The notes below the pieces were generated by a model. It worked only from the letters and a program-made list of their open reading frames with translations, was not told the DNA's origin and ran no database searches. DNA of 60,975 bases from an uncultured Clostridia bacterium (GTDB taxonomy: Bacteria > Bacillota > Clostridia > TANB77 > CAG-508): positions 1-60,975 of the forward strand of contig CANQCT010000001.1 in the NCBI GenBank assembly GCA_947589835.1, in the 5' to 3' direction. Shown piece by piece: positions 1 through 9,690 of the stretch; within the stretch, counting starts at the first letter, position 1, and the number at the start of each line of letters is the position of its first letter. Position numbers and translations under genes: made by a program.

Positions 1-291
1 CTTGGTGCATATTCTGCTATAATAACTGCTATTTCTACTTTAAATATTTTAGTATTAATTCCTTTTGGAATTGGTGTTGTAGTTGGCATTTTACTAGCTT
101 CTAAGATTATTAACTTTTTACTAGAGCATTTTTATGGCTATACATATTTTGCAATTATTGGATTTGTAGTTGGTTCACTTCTTGCAATTTATCCTGGTTT
201 TAGCTTTGACATTGCTGGAGCTATTTCTGTTATTTGCTTAGTGTTAGGATTTGTAGCTTCATTTTTTATTAGTAAGTATGTAAATAGTTAA
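1..291 (+). CDS. C-terminal fragment of a polytopic membrane protein (possibly DUF368 family); 5' end lies outside the window
   Basis: Frame 1 is open from base 1 to TAA at 289-291. Translation LGAYSAIITAISTLNILVLIPFGIGVVVGILLASKIINFLLEHFYGYTYFAIIGFVVGSLLAIYPGF... is made of hydrophobic helices. The family guess is from memory only. Confidence 0.5.
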   Translation, partial: LGAYSAIITAISTLNILVLIPFGIGVVVGILLASKIINFLLEHFYGYTYFAIIGFVVGSLLAIYPGFSFDIAGAISVICLVLGFVASFFISKYVNS

Positions 292-344
292 AATTTTATA
301 AATACTTTTTATTTGTTACTGTATAATAGTTATAATTATATTAA

Positions 345-462
345 AGCTTAAATAGTACTATTTTTCGCAGTTTTGAAAGGTCCCGTTCTGACTTTGCTTC
401 TTTGAGCTTGCTTACCTAGCAACGGGCATTTGAAAAACAAGAAAACTAGTACTATTTAAGCT
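345..462 (+). repeat. Palindromic ~115-nt repeat, copy 1 (canonical strand +)
   Basis: AGCTTAAATAGTACTA...TAGTACTATTTAAGCT outer stem. Conserved core TTTTTCGCAGTTTTGAAAGGTCCCGTTCTGACTTTGCTTCTTTGA...GCAACGGGCATTTGAAAAACAAGAAAACTAGTACTAT. Sits between convergent gene ends. Confidence 0.9.
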
Positions 463-513
463 AGTTAGTTATAAGACTACTAACTAGCAACTTTTATTTA
501 CTTATAATAAATG

Positions 514-2523
514 CTAAAATTCTCTTTCAAATCCTATTGTTACTTTGAATAAATCACCATCTAAGTAAATGTGGAATTTTCCACCTTGAAGTTCTGTTAA
601 ACTTGATGCTATTGAAAGTCCAAGTCCGCTTCCTTCTGTATTTCTAGAAGCTTCGCCTCTAACAAATCTTTGCATTAACTCATCTGCTGAAATATTTAGC
701 TTTTCTTGTGAGATATTTTTCATTTGAATTACTACACTTTTTTTCTGTGCCACAACATCTAAGTAAACTCTAGTGTTTTCCATTGCGTATTTGGCTGCAT
801 TTGAATAAATATTTTCTAGTACTCTGTATAAATATCTTCCGTCTGCGGTTATCATAATAGGTGTTTCTGGAAGTGTCATTATTTCTTCTAATTTGCGTTC
901 TTTAAATTTATCTTCAAATTCGCCAGAAACTTGTTTTACTAGTTCTACAACATCAAGCTTTTCCATTTTTAATTTTATATTTCCAGATGATGCTTTTGAA
1001 GCTTCTACTAAGTCTTCTGTTAATCTTTTTAATCTTTGTGATTTATTATCTAATATCATTAAATATTCTGTACATTTTTCATTTGGCATTTTTTCTTTTT
1101 TTAGTAAATCTACATAGTTTATAATAGATGTAAGTGGTGTTTTAATATCGTGTGATACATTTGTAATTAACTCTGTTTTTAGTCTTTCGCTTTTTAAACT
1201 TTCATTTACAGCATTTGATAATCCTCCTGCTATGTCTTGTATATAAATGCTAAGCTCTTTTAATACTCCTTTTTGTTCATTTGGATTTAATTGTATGTTT
1301 ATATTTCCTTCATATATGCTTTTTAGGGCTTTCCTTATTTTTTCAAATTCTCTTAGCCTGCTAAATAAGTACCAAAAGCTTAAAAAGCCAAGTGCAAGTA
1401 AAAATATGGCATATATAAAAGGCTGCCTTGTTTGAAACATTCTTGCTGTAAAGAAAAATCCTAAAATGCAAAATAGTCCATAAAATAATATTAATTTAGT
1501 TACAATATTTCGGTTATCTATTACTGATTTTGCTCCTTTAAATATTGAATACGCAATTGTTGTTTTTATTAATGTGTCTGATTTTAGCCTTTTTACAATG
1601 GTTTCTAGCATTAAAATTAATGTTAAATATATACATAATACTCCTGCTAAAATTCCTATAATTAAAAACATTGTAACTGGTATTTCAATAGATATAGAGC
1701 AAAGTAAAAATCCAAAATATATTAATATAATTCCTATTAAAATTACTATTTCTATTTTCCATTTATCAAACCAATTTAAGTATACTTCTCCTTCTTTTTT
1801 AGTTTTTCCTATTCCTCGTAATATTAAAGCTAAACATATTGCTAATGCAATTAATGAAACTATTATTAATACTGGTGCCATTTTATATGTTGTTATAATT
1901 AAATTATATAAAAATTCATTTTTAGCAAAATCATCATTGTATGGAAGATTGTTTACTAAAGTAGTATATATTTCAAATTCTTCTCCGGAATTATCAATTG
2001 TAGCAAATGTTGATTCATATTTAATATTTTCCATTGTTAAACTTGAAAAATTAGTATCAATTTCTTTATTTGCATAATTCCAGTATTTAGTATTCACACG
2101 TAGTGTTTGTTTTATTTCATTTATAGTATCTGTTTGCATTGTGTGGCCCACGTTAGTAGTTGCAATTCCTTCTTTTTTATTTATTATTAAATATACAAAA
2201 TTGCCTTCTACAGAAGTGTTGTAATATATTGTGCCAGTTTTTCCATTTATATTGGTTTCTTGTGTATCGGTAAAGCCACCTTCAAACTTTTTTCCAGATA
2301 CAAAATTAAATTTTCTTTGAATGCTATTTAAGTAATCTTTTTTAAATGATTGTGTATCATAATATGAATTTGCATATACAAGACTTTTATCTGTTTTTTC
2401 TACAAATATTACTGATATAGCAGATATTACTAATATAGCAAGAAAAATTGGAGCTAATATGTATGAAATATTTTTTAGTATTTTTGGTATGCATATAGAT
2501 TTTTGTTTCATTTTAAATTTCAT
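514..2523 (-). CDS. Sensor histidine kinase (extracytoplasmic N-terminal domain, multiple TM helices, HisKA + HATPase_c)
   Basis: 669-aa ORF. H-box SHDIKTPLTSIINYVDLL and G-boxes GSGLGLSIA. Adjacent to a response regulator. Confidence 0.9.
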   Translation of the reverse strand: MKFKMKQKSICIPKILKNISYILAPIFLAILVISAISVIFVEKTDKSLVYANSYYDTQSFKKDYLNSIQRKFNFVSGKKFEGGFTDTQETNINGKTGTIYYNTSVEGNFVYLIINKKEGIATTNVGHTMQTDTINEIKQTLRVNTKYWNYANKEIDTNFSSLTMENIKYESTFATIDNSGEEFEIYTTLVNNLPYNDDFAKNEFLYNLIITTYKMAPVLIIVSLIALAICLALILRGIGKTKKEGEVYLNWFDKWKIEIVILIGIILIYFGFLLCSISIEIPVTMFLIIGILAGVLCIYLTLILMLETIVKRLKSDTLIKTTIAYSIFKGAKSVIDNRNIVTKLILFYGLFCILGFFFTARMFQTRQPFIYAIFLLALGFLSFWYLFSRLREFEKIRKALKSIYEGNINIQLNPNEQKGVLKELSIYIQDIAGGLSNAVNESLKSERLKTELITNVSHDIKTPLTSIINYVDLLKKEKMPNEKCTEYLMILDNKSQRLKRLTEDLVEASKASSGNIKLKMEKLDVVELVKQVSGEFEDKFKERKLEEIMTLPETPIMITADGRYLYRVLENIYSNAAKYAMENTRVYLDVVAQKKSVVIQMKNISQEKLNISADELMQRFVRGEASRNTEGSGLGLSIASSLTELQGGKFHIYLDGDLFKVTIGFEREF

Positions 2524-2543
2524 CCCCTTCTTTGATTATAAGT

Positions 2544-3257
2544 TTAGCCTTCAGTTAGGTTTTCTATTTTATATCCTATTCCCCATATTACTTTTAAGTA
2601 TTTAGGCTCTTTTGGATTTATTTCTATTTTTTCTCTTATGTGTCTTATATGTACTGCAATAATATTTTCTGCACCATAACTTTCTTCTTCCCATACATTT
2701 TCATATATTTGTTCTATTGAATATACAATTCCTTTATTTTTGGTTAAAAATTTTAAAATGTTGTATTCTGTTGGAGTTAGCTTTACTTCTTTTCCTTCTA
2801 CAATTACTTGCTTTGTGTTGTCATTTATAATTAAATCGCCTGAGTGGTAAATGTTGTCTCCTTTTTGCATTTTATCTGCAATAGTGCCTAAGTGAGTGTA
2901 TCTTCGTATTTGTGAATTTACTCTTGCAATTAGTTCTAATGGATTAAATGGTTTTGTAATATAGTCATCTGCTCCATTATTAAGGCCTGCAATTTTATCG
3001 TAATCTTCAGATTTTGCAGATAGCATTATAATAGGAATTGATTTGTTTTTACGAATTAAATTGGCTGTACTAATGCCATCTAATTTTGGCATCATTACAT
3101 CTAATAAAATTAGGTGTATGTTTGGGTTGTTTTCTACTATTTTAAGTGCTTCTGCTCCGTTATAGGCTTTTAAAATATTGTAGCCTTCTTTTGATAAATA
3201 TATTTCAACTGCTTTTACAATTTCTTTGTCATCATCTACTACTAGTATATTGTACAT
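2544..3257 (-). CDS. OmpR/PhoB-family DNA-binding response regulator
   Basis: 237-aa ORF. Receiver motifs VVDDD, LLDVMMPKLDG, KPF. C-terminal winged helix LTPTEYNILKFL...IWGIGYKI. Confidence 0.92.
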   Translation of the reverse strand: MYNILVVDDDKEIVKAVEIYLSKEGYNILKAYNGAEALKIVENNPNIHLILLDVMMPKLDGISTANLIRKNKSIPIIMLSAKSEDYDKIAGLNNGADDYITKPFNPLELIARVNSQIRRYTHLGTIADKMQKGDNIYHSGDLIINDNTKQVIVEGKEVKLTPTEYNILKFLTKNKGIVYSIEQIYENVWEEESYGAENIIAVHIRHIREKIEINPKEPKYLKVIWGIGYKIENLTEG

Positions 3258-3326
3258 TTTTCATTCCCCTTTTTTTCTAATAAAATGTTTGTTATTAGTT
3301 TTTTGTATATGTATAGCTTTGAAAAA

Positions 3327-3520
3327 CATTTTATTGTATTAAATTTATGTTTAGCTTGATTAAATTTTTATAAATGCATAATTTCAAAAAAAACAACATG
3401 TTGTATTAATTTATGTTTAGATTGATTAAATTTTTATAAATGCATAATTTTAAAGAACAATATGTTGTATTAATTTATGTTCAGCTTGATTTTCTTTGCA
3501 CTGATTGCATTTATAAATTA
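3327..3520. repeat. Tandem direct repeat, period about 64-66 bp, about 2.5 copies, upstream of the two-component operon
   Basis: Units start near 3334, 3400 and 3464: GTTGTATTAA(A)TTTATGTTTAG(C/A)TTGATTAAATTTTTATAAATGCATAATTT. The third unit diverges after TTGATT. Confidence 0.8.
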
Positions 3521-3643
3521 TTATAACATAAAGTGTTTCAACTGTTTATAGTATACCATTAATTTCTTAAGAAAAAAGGGGTTAATTTATTAAGGTTTTA
3601 TTAAGAAAGTGTAAATGATATAAATTGTTGATATTTACAGTGT

Positions 3644-3693
3644 AAAAAAATCGCCTTGAATTTAATTTTTTTAAACTCAAGGCGAAATTTTTT
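3644..3693. terminator. Bidirectional intrinsic terminator downstream of the AI-2E transporter gene
   Basis: Stem TCGCCTTGA (3651-3659) / TCAAGGCGA (3677-3685), with an A-run on the left and a T-run on the right. Confidence 0.7.
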
Positions 3694-3865
3694 AATTTTA
3701 ATAAACATTTATAAAAATTCCAGACACGTATGGAATTTTTATATTTTATTTATTTTCTTTATTCTGTTTTTCTTCTTCATTTTCTCGTATAACTTGTTCT
3801 ACTTGAGCACGCACTAAGTTGATAGTAATTTTTTTATTTTTCCAAATTAATTGCATAATAAATTT

Positions 3866-4999
3866 TTAATTATTTAATTTTAAGCTATTTTTATAATCTA
3901 CATATTCTTCTATTAAAAGTTTTATAACTGTAAATACTGGCACAGCTAAAAACATTCCAAGTATTCCAAAATATGCACCACCAATAGTTACTGAAAATAT
4001 TACTAATAATGGACTAATTGATAGTGAATTTCCTATAATTTTTGGATTAATAATATTTGCGTCAATTTGTTGTAAAATAATAACAACTATTGCCATTAAA
4101 ATTGCTTGGCCTAGTCCACCTGTAAATAGTGTAACAATTATCGCAATAATTACTGCTATAATGGCTCCAAAATATGGTATTAAGTTAAATAATCCTATTA
4201 TAAAGCCAAGTAATACTGCATATTTTACTCCAATAATTGACATTGCAACAGATGTTAATATTCCTACAATAATTGCATCTAATACTTGCCCTGAAAGGAA
4301 TTTAAAAAATACTTCATTTGATTTATTAAAATATCTGCTTACCATTGTATAAGTGTCTTTTGCAAATATGGCATTTGCAAGTCTTTTTAAAAACTTCAAA
4401 ATTTCAGCTCTTTCTGATAATAAATATACAGAAACCACAAATGCTACAAAAGCATCAAATACTCCAGTTACTGCACTAATTGCTCCTTTTGCATATTGAA
4501 TTAAGCTTTCTATATTTAAAAATCGATTTAGATCAACTTCGCTAAATTTTTGGGCTAATTTTATTATAGTTTCGCTCTTTAAAAATGAATCTTCTGGCAA
4601 TTCTTCTAAGGCTTTTATGGTGTTGTTATAATAAGTTCCAAAGTTATTTACAAAGTCGGTAATGCTTTTTAAAACATTTGGTATTACAAATGTTAAAGTA
4701 AGTACAATGATTAAAATTGCAATAATGTAAACTGTAATAATAGATAAAATTCTTGCTTTTTTTGATATCCATTTTGGTTTTTTTACTGATTTATAACGCT
4801 TTTCTAAACTTCTACAAGGAATATAAAATAAGTATGCAATTAATATTCCTAGAATAAATGGCATTAATATATGAAATAAGCCTCCTAGCCAAGTTGCTAT
4901 TGATCCTATGTTATCTAATAGTTTATAAACTGCAATAATGGCTACTCCTAAAATAAACCAATAAAGCCATTTAGTTAAGCCTTTTTTCTTTTCTTCCAT
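3866..4999 (-). CDS. AI-2E family transporter (PerM/YdbI-like permease)
   Basis: 377-aa polytopic membrane ORF with the family-typical C-terminal half ...NLIPYFGAIIAVI...ILQQIDANIINPKIIGNSLSISPLLVIFS... Confidence 0.8.
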   Translation of the reverse strand: MEEKKKGLTKWLYWFILGVAIIAVYKLLDNIGSIATWLGGLFHILMPFILGILIAYLFYIPCRSLEKRYKSVKKPKWISKKARILSIITVYIIAILIIVLTLTFVIPNVLKSITDFVNNFGTYYNNTIKALEELPEDSFLKSETIIKLAQKFSEVDLNRFLNIESLIQYAKGAISAVTGVFDAFVAFVVSVYLLSERAEILKFLKRLANAIFAKDTYTMVSRYFNKSNEVFFKFLSGQVLDAIIVGILTSVAMSIIGVKYAVLLGFIIGLFNLIPYFGAIIAVIIAIIVTLFTGGLGQAILMAIVVIILQQIDANIINPKIIGNSLSISPLLVIFSVTIGGAYFGILGMFLAVPVFTVIKLLIEEYVDYKNSLKLNN

Positions 5000-5038
5000 A
5001 ATTATATATCCTCCTTCTTTAGACCTGTCCCCAAATGC

Positions 5039-5824
5039 TTAAAAACAAGCAACGGTACCTGTCCCCAATACCAACCCAACTGGGCAATGGTCGCTTCCTA
5101 ATACTTCTGAGTAAATTGTGCTTTGTTTAATTTGTTTTTCTATTGATTTAGAAACTATAAAGTAGTCTATTCTCCAGCCTACGTTTTTTTCTCTGGCGTG
5201 AAACATATATGACCACCATGTATATGCATTTTCTTTTTCTGGATATAAATATCTGAAACTATCTGTAAATCCTGAATTTAAAAGCATAGTCATTTTGTTT
5301 CTTTCTTCATCTGTAAAGCCTGCACTGTGATGATTTGTTGATGGATTTTTTAAGTCTATTTCTTTATGTGCTACATTAAAGTCTCCGCAGTAAATAACTG
5401 GCTTTGTTTTATCTAATTTTAATAAATAGTTTCTAATAGCGTCTTCCCATACCATTCTGTAATCTAGTCTTTCTAGCTCTCGTTTTGAATTTGGGGTATA
5501 ACAATTAACTAAGTAAAAGTCTTCAAATTCTAAGGTAATTACTCTGCCTTCGCTGTCATGTTCTTCTATTCCTATGCCATAACTTACTTTAAGAGGCTTT
5601 TTCTTTGTGAATACTGCTGTTCCTGAATAGCCTTTTTTTACTGCACTATTCCAGTAACTATTGTAATCTTTAAAAAGATTAGAAATTTCTATATCGATTT
5701 GATCTTCTTGCATTTTAGTTTCTTGAATGCAAAAAATATCTGCATCTATTTGATTAAAAAATTCTTTAAAACCTTTTCCCATAGCTGCCCTTAAGCCATT
5801 TACATTCCATGAAATTAGCTTCAT
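5039..5824 (-). CDS. xth: Exodeoxyribonuclease III (AP endonuclease family 1)
   Basis: MKLISWNVNGLRA...CIQETK...GYSGTA...YCGDFNVAH...WRIDYF...SDHCPV motifs. The short C-terminal tail GTGTVACF overlaps a GGGACA motif. Confidence 0.92.
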   Translation of the reverse strand: MKLISWNVNGLRAAMGKGFKEFFNQIDADIFCIQETKMQEDQIDIEISNLFKDYNSYWNSAVKKGYSGTAVFTKKKPLKVSYGIGIEEHDSEGRVITLEFEDFYLVNCYTPNSKRELERLDYRMVWEDAIRNYLLKLDKTKPVIYCGDFNVAHKEIDLKNPSTNHHSAGFTDEERNKMTMLLNSGFTDSFRYLYPEKENAYTWWSYMFHAREKNVGWRIDYFIVSKSIEKQIKQSTIYSEVLGSDHCPVGLVLGTGTVACF

Positions 5825-6094
5825 ACACTTTCTCCCTTTTATTTATGTTTTTATGCTTTTAATTAAGTTTTTTCTTTTACTTTTATATGTTTTTAGATAA
5901 TATATCACATTATTTATAAATTTTCAACGTTATATAACGAGGTAAAACAATTAACATAAATTGACTTTTCATCAAAACTTTGGTAAAATATACTTATATC
6001 TAAGTTTTATCCCTTAGGCAAAGTATATGATGTCGGACATATACAGGCAGCTTAGGTAAATATCAACATCTTTAATAAGAAAGGGAGGCTAGCA

Positions 6095-6415
6095 ATGGTT
6101 CATATATTAGGTTGGGGCTTATGTATTCTTGCTATTATTTTAATAGCTATACGGTATAGAGCCCGAATAATAGCCAGTAATGAAATTAGTGATGAAGATG
6201 ATTATGATTACGACGATGAACTTGAAGATTCTGAACCCCATACTTGCAAAATTTCAATCTTTGACAGCAATTACAATTTGGTAAAAGAGTTTAAAGTAGA
6301 ATGTATTTTTTGTGAGCGTGATCAAAATCCATTATTCGGCTATATAGATGCAAATGATAAAAATCATTTCATTTATATAAAAGGAGATTTCATTGTTCAC
6401 CTAGATGAATTGTAA
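6095..6415 (+). CDS. Hypothetical protein, N-terminal TM anchor followed by an acidic stretch
   Basis: 106-aa ORF preceded by GGGAGG. Long open frame in AT-rich DNA. Contains an in-frame CGG at 6152-6154 that must be read as a triplet to keep the frame. Confidence 0.6.
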   Translation: MVHILGWGLCILAIILIAIRYRARIIASNEISDEDDYDYDDELEDSEPHTCKISIFDSNYNLVKEFKVECIFCERDQNPLFGYIDANDKNHFIYIKGDFIVHLDEL

Positions 6416-6430
6416 AAAGTATCCGGCAAT

Positions 6431-6461
6431 AAAAAAGCAACCAGAAAATGGCTGCTTTTTT
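6431..6461. terminator. Bidirectional intrinsic terminator between convergent genes
   Basis: AAAAAA-GCAACCA-GAAAA-TGGCTGC-TTTTTT (one mismatch in the stem). Confidence 0.65.
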
Positions 6462-6554
6462 GTTATATATAAATATTAAATATATATGACAACATGTGTC
6501 CCAAATGCGACAAAGTGTCGCTTGAAGAAATGTCCCAAACGCGACACTTTTAAT

Positions 6555-7559
6555 TTACATTGCGTTAAAATATACGTTTCCGCCTATGTTTACACCACTT
6601 GCATAACCTGCTGCTCTAAATGATAAGTAGTTGTGGTTTCTTTTACCATTTAATGCATCTACAACTGCTCTTTTTACATAAGATGCATAATTTCCATTTA
6701 ATCTTCTTTTCCAATAGTTATCTATTGAATAACAGAATTGACCTTTTGCTTTGTATTGGCTTAATGGGTCTGTACCATTTTGTCTCCATCTGCTACTTTC
6801 TGCTCTGTTACATGCACAAGTTATAACTGCTAATGCACCTTCGTAGCTTGATGAGCATTCTTGTGCGGTAATAGCACATAATAAGTCTAATTCTGATTCT
6901 GAATAGCTCCATTTGCCTGCATATCTAGTTTTTGTGCTACTTCTTGAAACTACTTGTTGCTTATTTCTAACTTCTACAATTTTGTTTACTGGTTTTGTGA
7001 TGACTTTAGAAGAAATTTCTTTCTTTTCTATTTCTTTTTCATTTTGATATTTTACTTTGTAAGTAACTTCTTTTAAACCATCTACACCGTATTGAACTAT
7101 TTTATCTTGTTTTGCACCTGAGCCTGTTGCTACATTTTTAGTAATTGTTTCATAAGGTATTTTTACTTTTTCTACTACTATTTTTTCTATAATAGTATCA
7201 TAATTTTCTAATATTTGTTCCATTGTAACTTCTTCTGAAGTTTCTATTACTTCTGGAAATTCTATTTCTTCTTCTGTAACTTTTAAAATTTTGATGGTGT
7301 TATTGTCTGATAACTCCGATGTTAAATCTGGAGTTACTTTTTCATCTTCTAGTAATATAATATGATTTTCGTCAAGTATTTCTGAAACTTTTTTCTTGCT
7401 AGTTAATACATTCATTTCATATCCACTTGCAAGAATAATTTTTACATTATTTACTTTAATATTTGTAGCACTAACAGCTACTGTCATAATGAATATAAAT
7501 AAAATGCTAATTGAAATGATTTTTTTCAGCGATATTGACGCTTTATCATCATTTTTCAT
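6555..7559 (-). CDS. Cell-wall hydrolase with signal anchor, DUF348-like and G5 domains and a C-terminal SleB/Hydrolase_2-like domain
   Basis: G5-like EKVKIPYETITKNVATG...QYGVDGLKEVTYKV. C-terminal LLCAITAQECSSSYEGALAVITCACNR. Start chosen at the ATG after AAAGGAGGG; the longest ORF extends to 7646. Confidence 0.75.
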   Translation of the reverse strand: MKNDDKASISLKKIISISILFIFIMTVAVSATNIKVNNVKIILASGYEMNVLTSKKKVSEILDENHIILLEDEKVTPDLTSELSDNNTIKILKVTEEEIEFPEVIETSEEVTMEQILENYDTIIEKIVVEKVKIPYETITKNVATGSGAKQDKIVQYGVDGLKEVTYKVKYQNEKEIEKKEISSKVITKPVNKIVEVRNKQQVVSRSSTKTRYAGKWSYSESELDLLCAITAQECSSSYEGALAVITCACNRAESSRWRQNGTDPLSQYKAKGQFCYSIDNYWKRRLNGNYASYVKRAVVDALNGKRNHNYLSFRAAGYASGVNIGGNVYFNAM

Positions 7560-7849
7560 ATTAAATTTGTTCCCTCCTTTAAAAGCAACAACTATATTAT
7601 ACCATTTTTTAGATAAATTGTCAAATTTTAGATTTTTTTTGTGCACTTACAGGCGCTTGACTTTCAAGAAAATTGTTTTTTGTAAGAGGCTCTAAAAGTA
7701 TTTAAGTATACTATATTATATGCCAGCTTGTACCAAAATATGAAAATTTTTCAAAAAAAGTAATTTGTTTTTTATATATAAATATATTTTTTTGCATACA
7801 ATATTTATAAAGTATTTTATTATTATATAATAGTTATAATTGCATTGAA

Positions 7850-7962
7850 GCTTTAATAGTACTAGTTTTGCAGTTTTGAGAGGTCCCGTTCTGAATTTGC
7901 TTCTTTGAGCTTTTCTTACTGCAACGGGCATTTGAAAAACAAAAAACTCGTACTATTAAAGC
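7850..7962 (+). repeat. Palindromic ~115-nt repeat, copy 2
   Basis: GCTTTAATAGTAC...GTACTATTAAAGC outer stem. Lies in a divergent promoter region. The 71-aa ORF 7716..7931 is an artefact of this element. Confidence 0.9.
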
Positions 7963-8114
7963 GATTAGCTATATATTAACCCAAATTTTAACAATGAATA
8001 AATAATTTATTGTTTTTTGTACTTTTTTGTGATATTATTAAATAGTAATATAAAATATTATAAATTTTAAATATAAATGAAGTTTGCTTCATTTATAAGA
8101 AGAGGAGAAAAATT

Positions 8115-8669
8115 ATGTTGTGGATTATTTTAGCAATTATTGTAGTTGTTATTATAGCTATTATTGGTTTATATAATAGTTTAGTAACATTAAGGCAACG
8201 TGTTAAAAATGCTTGGAGTCAAATTGATGTTCAATTACAAAGAAGATTTGACTTAATTCCTAATTTAGTAGAATGTGTTAAAGGTTATATGGCACATGAG
8301 CAAGATACTTTAACAAAAGTTACAGAATTACGTACTTCATGGGCAAATGCAAAAACTGTAGAAGAAAAGGCAAATTTAGATAACCAATTATCTGGCGCAC
8401 TAAAAACAATTATGGCTGTTTCAGAAAATTATCCAGATTTAAAAGCTAATCAAAATTTTTCTGAGTTACAAGAAGAGTTAAGAAATACAGAAAATAAAAT
8501 TTCTTATTCAAGACAATTCTATAATGATAGTGTTACTAGATATAATACTAAAATAGAATTATTCCCTTCTAGCATTATTGCTTCAATGTTTCATTTTATG
8601 CCAGAAACTTTATTTGCAGTAGATACTGACGAAGCTAGAAAAAATGTAAAAGTTGATTTTAGTAAATAA
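8115..8669 (+). CDS. lemA: LemA family protein
   Basis: 184 aa. N-terminal TM, then [34 protein letters not shown]...[12 protein letters not shown]...LEN.I...R..YN, typical of LemA. Confidence 0.9.
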   Translation: MLWIILAIIVVVIIAIIGLYNSLVTLRQRVKNAWSQIDVQLQRRFDLIPNLVECVKGYMAHEQDTLTKVTELRTSWANAKTVEEKANLDNQLSGALKTIMAVSENYPDLKANQNFSELQEELRNTENKISYSRQFYNDSVTRYNTKIELFPSSIIASMFHFMPETLFAVDTDEARKNVKVDFSK

Positions 8670-8791
8670 TATTAGTAATGGTTTTGCAAGTAGTAAATCT
8701 GCTTATAAACTATTACATATTTTATAATAATATGCTTTTTCTATTTATTTTAGGATTGGCATATTATTTGTTTAAAGAAGGTGATTTAAAA

Positions 8792-9688
8792 ATGTACGAA
8801 GATATTAGAAAAAATAAAATAAAAACTGGATTTATTATTGGTATTTTTATTTTATTTATCACTTTAATTGTATATTATATTTGTATGGCTTTCGATTTAG
8901 GTGAAGTTTCAATTTTGATTGCACTAGCTGTTTCTATAATGTCTGCTTGGAGTTCTTACTATTATAGTGATAAAATTATTTTATCATTAAATAGGGCTCG
9001 CCCTGCAACGCCTGAAGAGCATAAAAAGTTAGTAAATATTTTAGATGCTTTGATGGTTTCTTCTGGTTTGCAATATAAACCTAGGTTATATGTAGTAGAT
9101 GACGCTCAGCCAAATGCTTTTGCTACTGGTAGAAATCCTCAAAATTCTATTATATGTGTTACAACAGGTTTGCTTGAAAAGCTAGATTACTATGAATTAG
9201 AAGGTGTGGTTGCTCACGAACTTTCACATATTAAAAATTATGATATTCGCTTATCTGCTATTGTAACTGTAATGGTAGGTTTAGTTGTAATGCTTTCTGA
9301 CTGGGTTTCTAGGGCTATTTTCTGGGGTGTAGGTAGTGATGATGATGATAATAGAGGAAATCCAATTTTAATGGTTTTAGGATTAGTTGCTTTAATTTTG
9401 GCTCCTATATTTGGTGAGTTAATGAAACTTGCTATTTCTAGAAAAAGAGAGTTTATAGCTGATGCTACTGCTGTAGAATTTACACGTAACCCTGATGGGC
9501 TAATTTCTGCTCTTGAAAAACTAGAAAGTGATACTAATGAATTAAAAACTGCTAATAATTCTACTGCACATATGTATATTATTAGTCCTTTTAAATCAAA
9601 TTTGAATGGTAAGAAGAAAAAAAGTAGTATTTGGTCTACTCACCCTTCAACAGAAGCTAGAATTGAGGCCTTAAGAAACTTAAAATAA
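8792..9688 (+). CDS. htpX: M48-family zinc metalloprotease (HtpX-like), partner of LemA
   Basis: HEXXH motif VAHELSHIKNYD, TM helices, C-terminal STHPSTEARI. Start set at the ATG after GAAGGTGA; the longest ORF starts at 8678. Confidence 0.85.
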   Translation: MYEDIRKNKIKTGFIIGIFILFITLIVYYICMAFDLGEVSILIALAVSIMSAWSSYYYSDKIILSLNRARPATPEEHKKLVNILDALMVSSGLQYKPRLYVVDDAQPNAFATGRNPQNSIICVTTGLLEKLDYYELEGVVAHELSHIKNYDIRLSAIVTVMVGLVVMLSDWVSRAIFWGVGSDDDDNRGNPILMVLGLVALILAPIFGELMKLAISRKREFIADATAVEFTRNPDGLISALEKLESDTNELKTANNSTAHMYIISPFKSNLNGKKKKSSIWSTHPSTEARIEALRNLK

Positions 9689-9690
9689 GA

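Noticed and set aside
345-462. The palindromic repeats as ordinary Rho-independent terminators, or as carriers of an outward promoter (TTGAAA-N17-TATTNN in the 3' arm)
   Set aside because: No T-tract follows the hairpin on either strand. The promoter-like match has weak, variable -10 hexamers (TATCCG, TATTCG in some copies), and such matches are common in AT-rich DNA. Noted but not claimed.
1574-2077. Plus-strand ORFs lying inside minus-strand genes (for example 893..1117, 1574..2077, 19477..19878, 24145..24516, 35411..35785, 40732..40983, 44932..45225, 52232..52654)
   Set aside because: These are antisense shadows of well-supported genes. Their translations are low-complexity Leu/Phe/Ser-rich, they have no RBS, and no family motifs are present.
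3750-3856. 35-aa minus-strand ORF (MQLIWKNKKITINLVRAQVEQVIRENEEEKQNKENK) just downstream of the AI-2E transporter gene
   Set aside because: There is no Shine-Dalgarno sequence, it lies between the gene stop and its terminators, and it is unremarkable hydrophilic sequence.
7716-7931. 71-aa ORF starting MPVAVRKAQRS inside palindromic repeat copy 2
   Set aside because: The ATG and the frame are not conserved in the other copies: copy 1 gives MPVAR-stop, and copy 7 has no ATG. It is an accidental frame through a non-coding repeat.
8115-9688. The LemA-M48 protease pair as an unusual module
   Set aside because: This is a common conserved gene pair in many bacteria, with ordinary features here.
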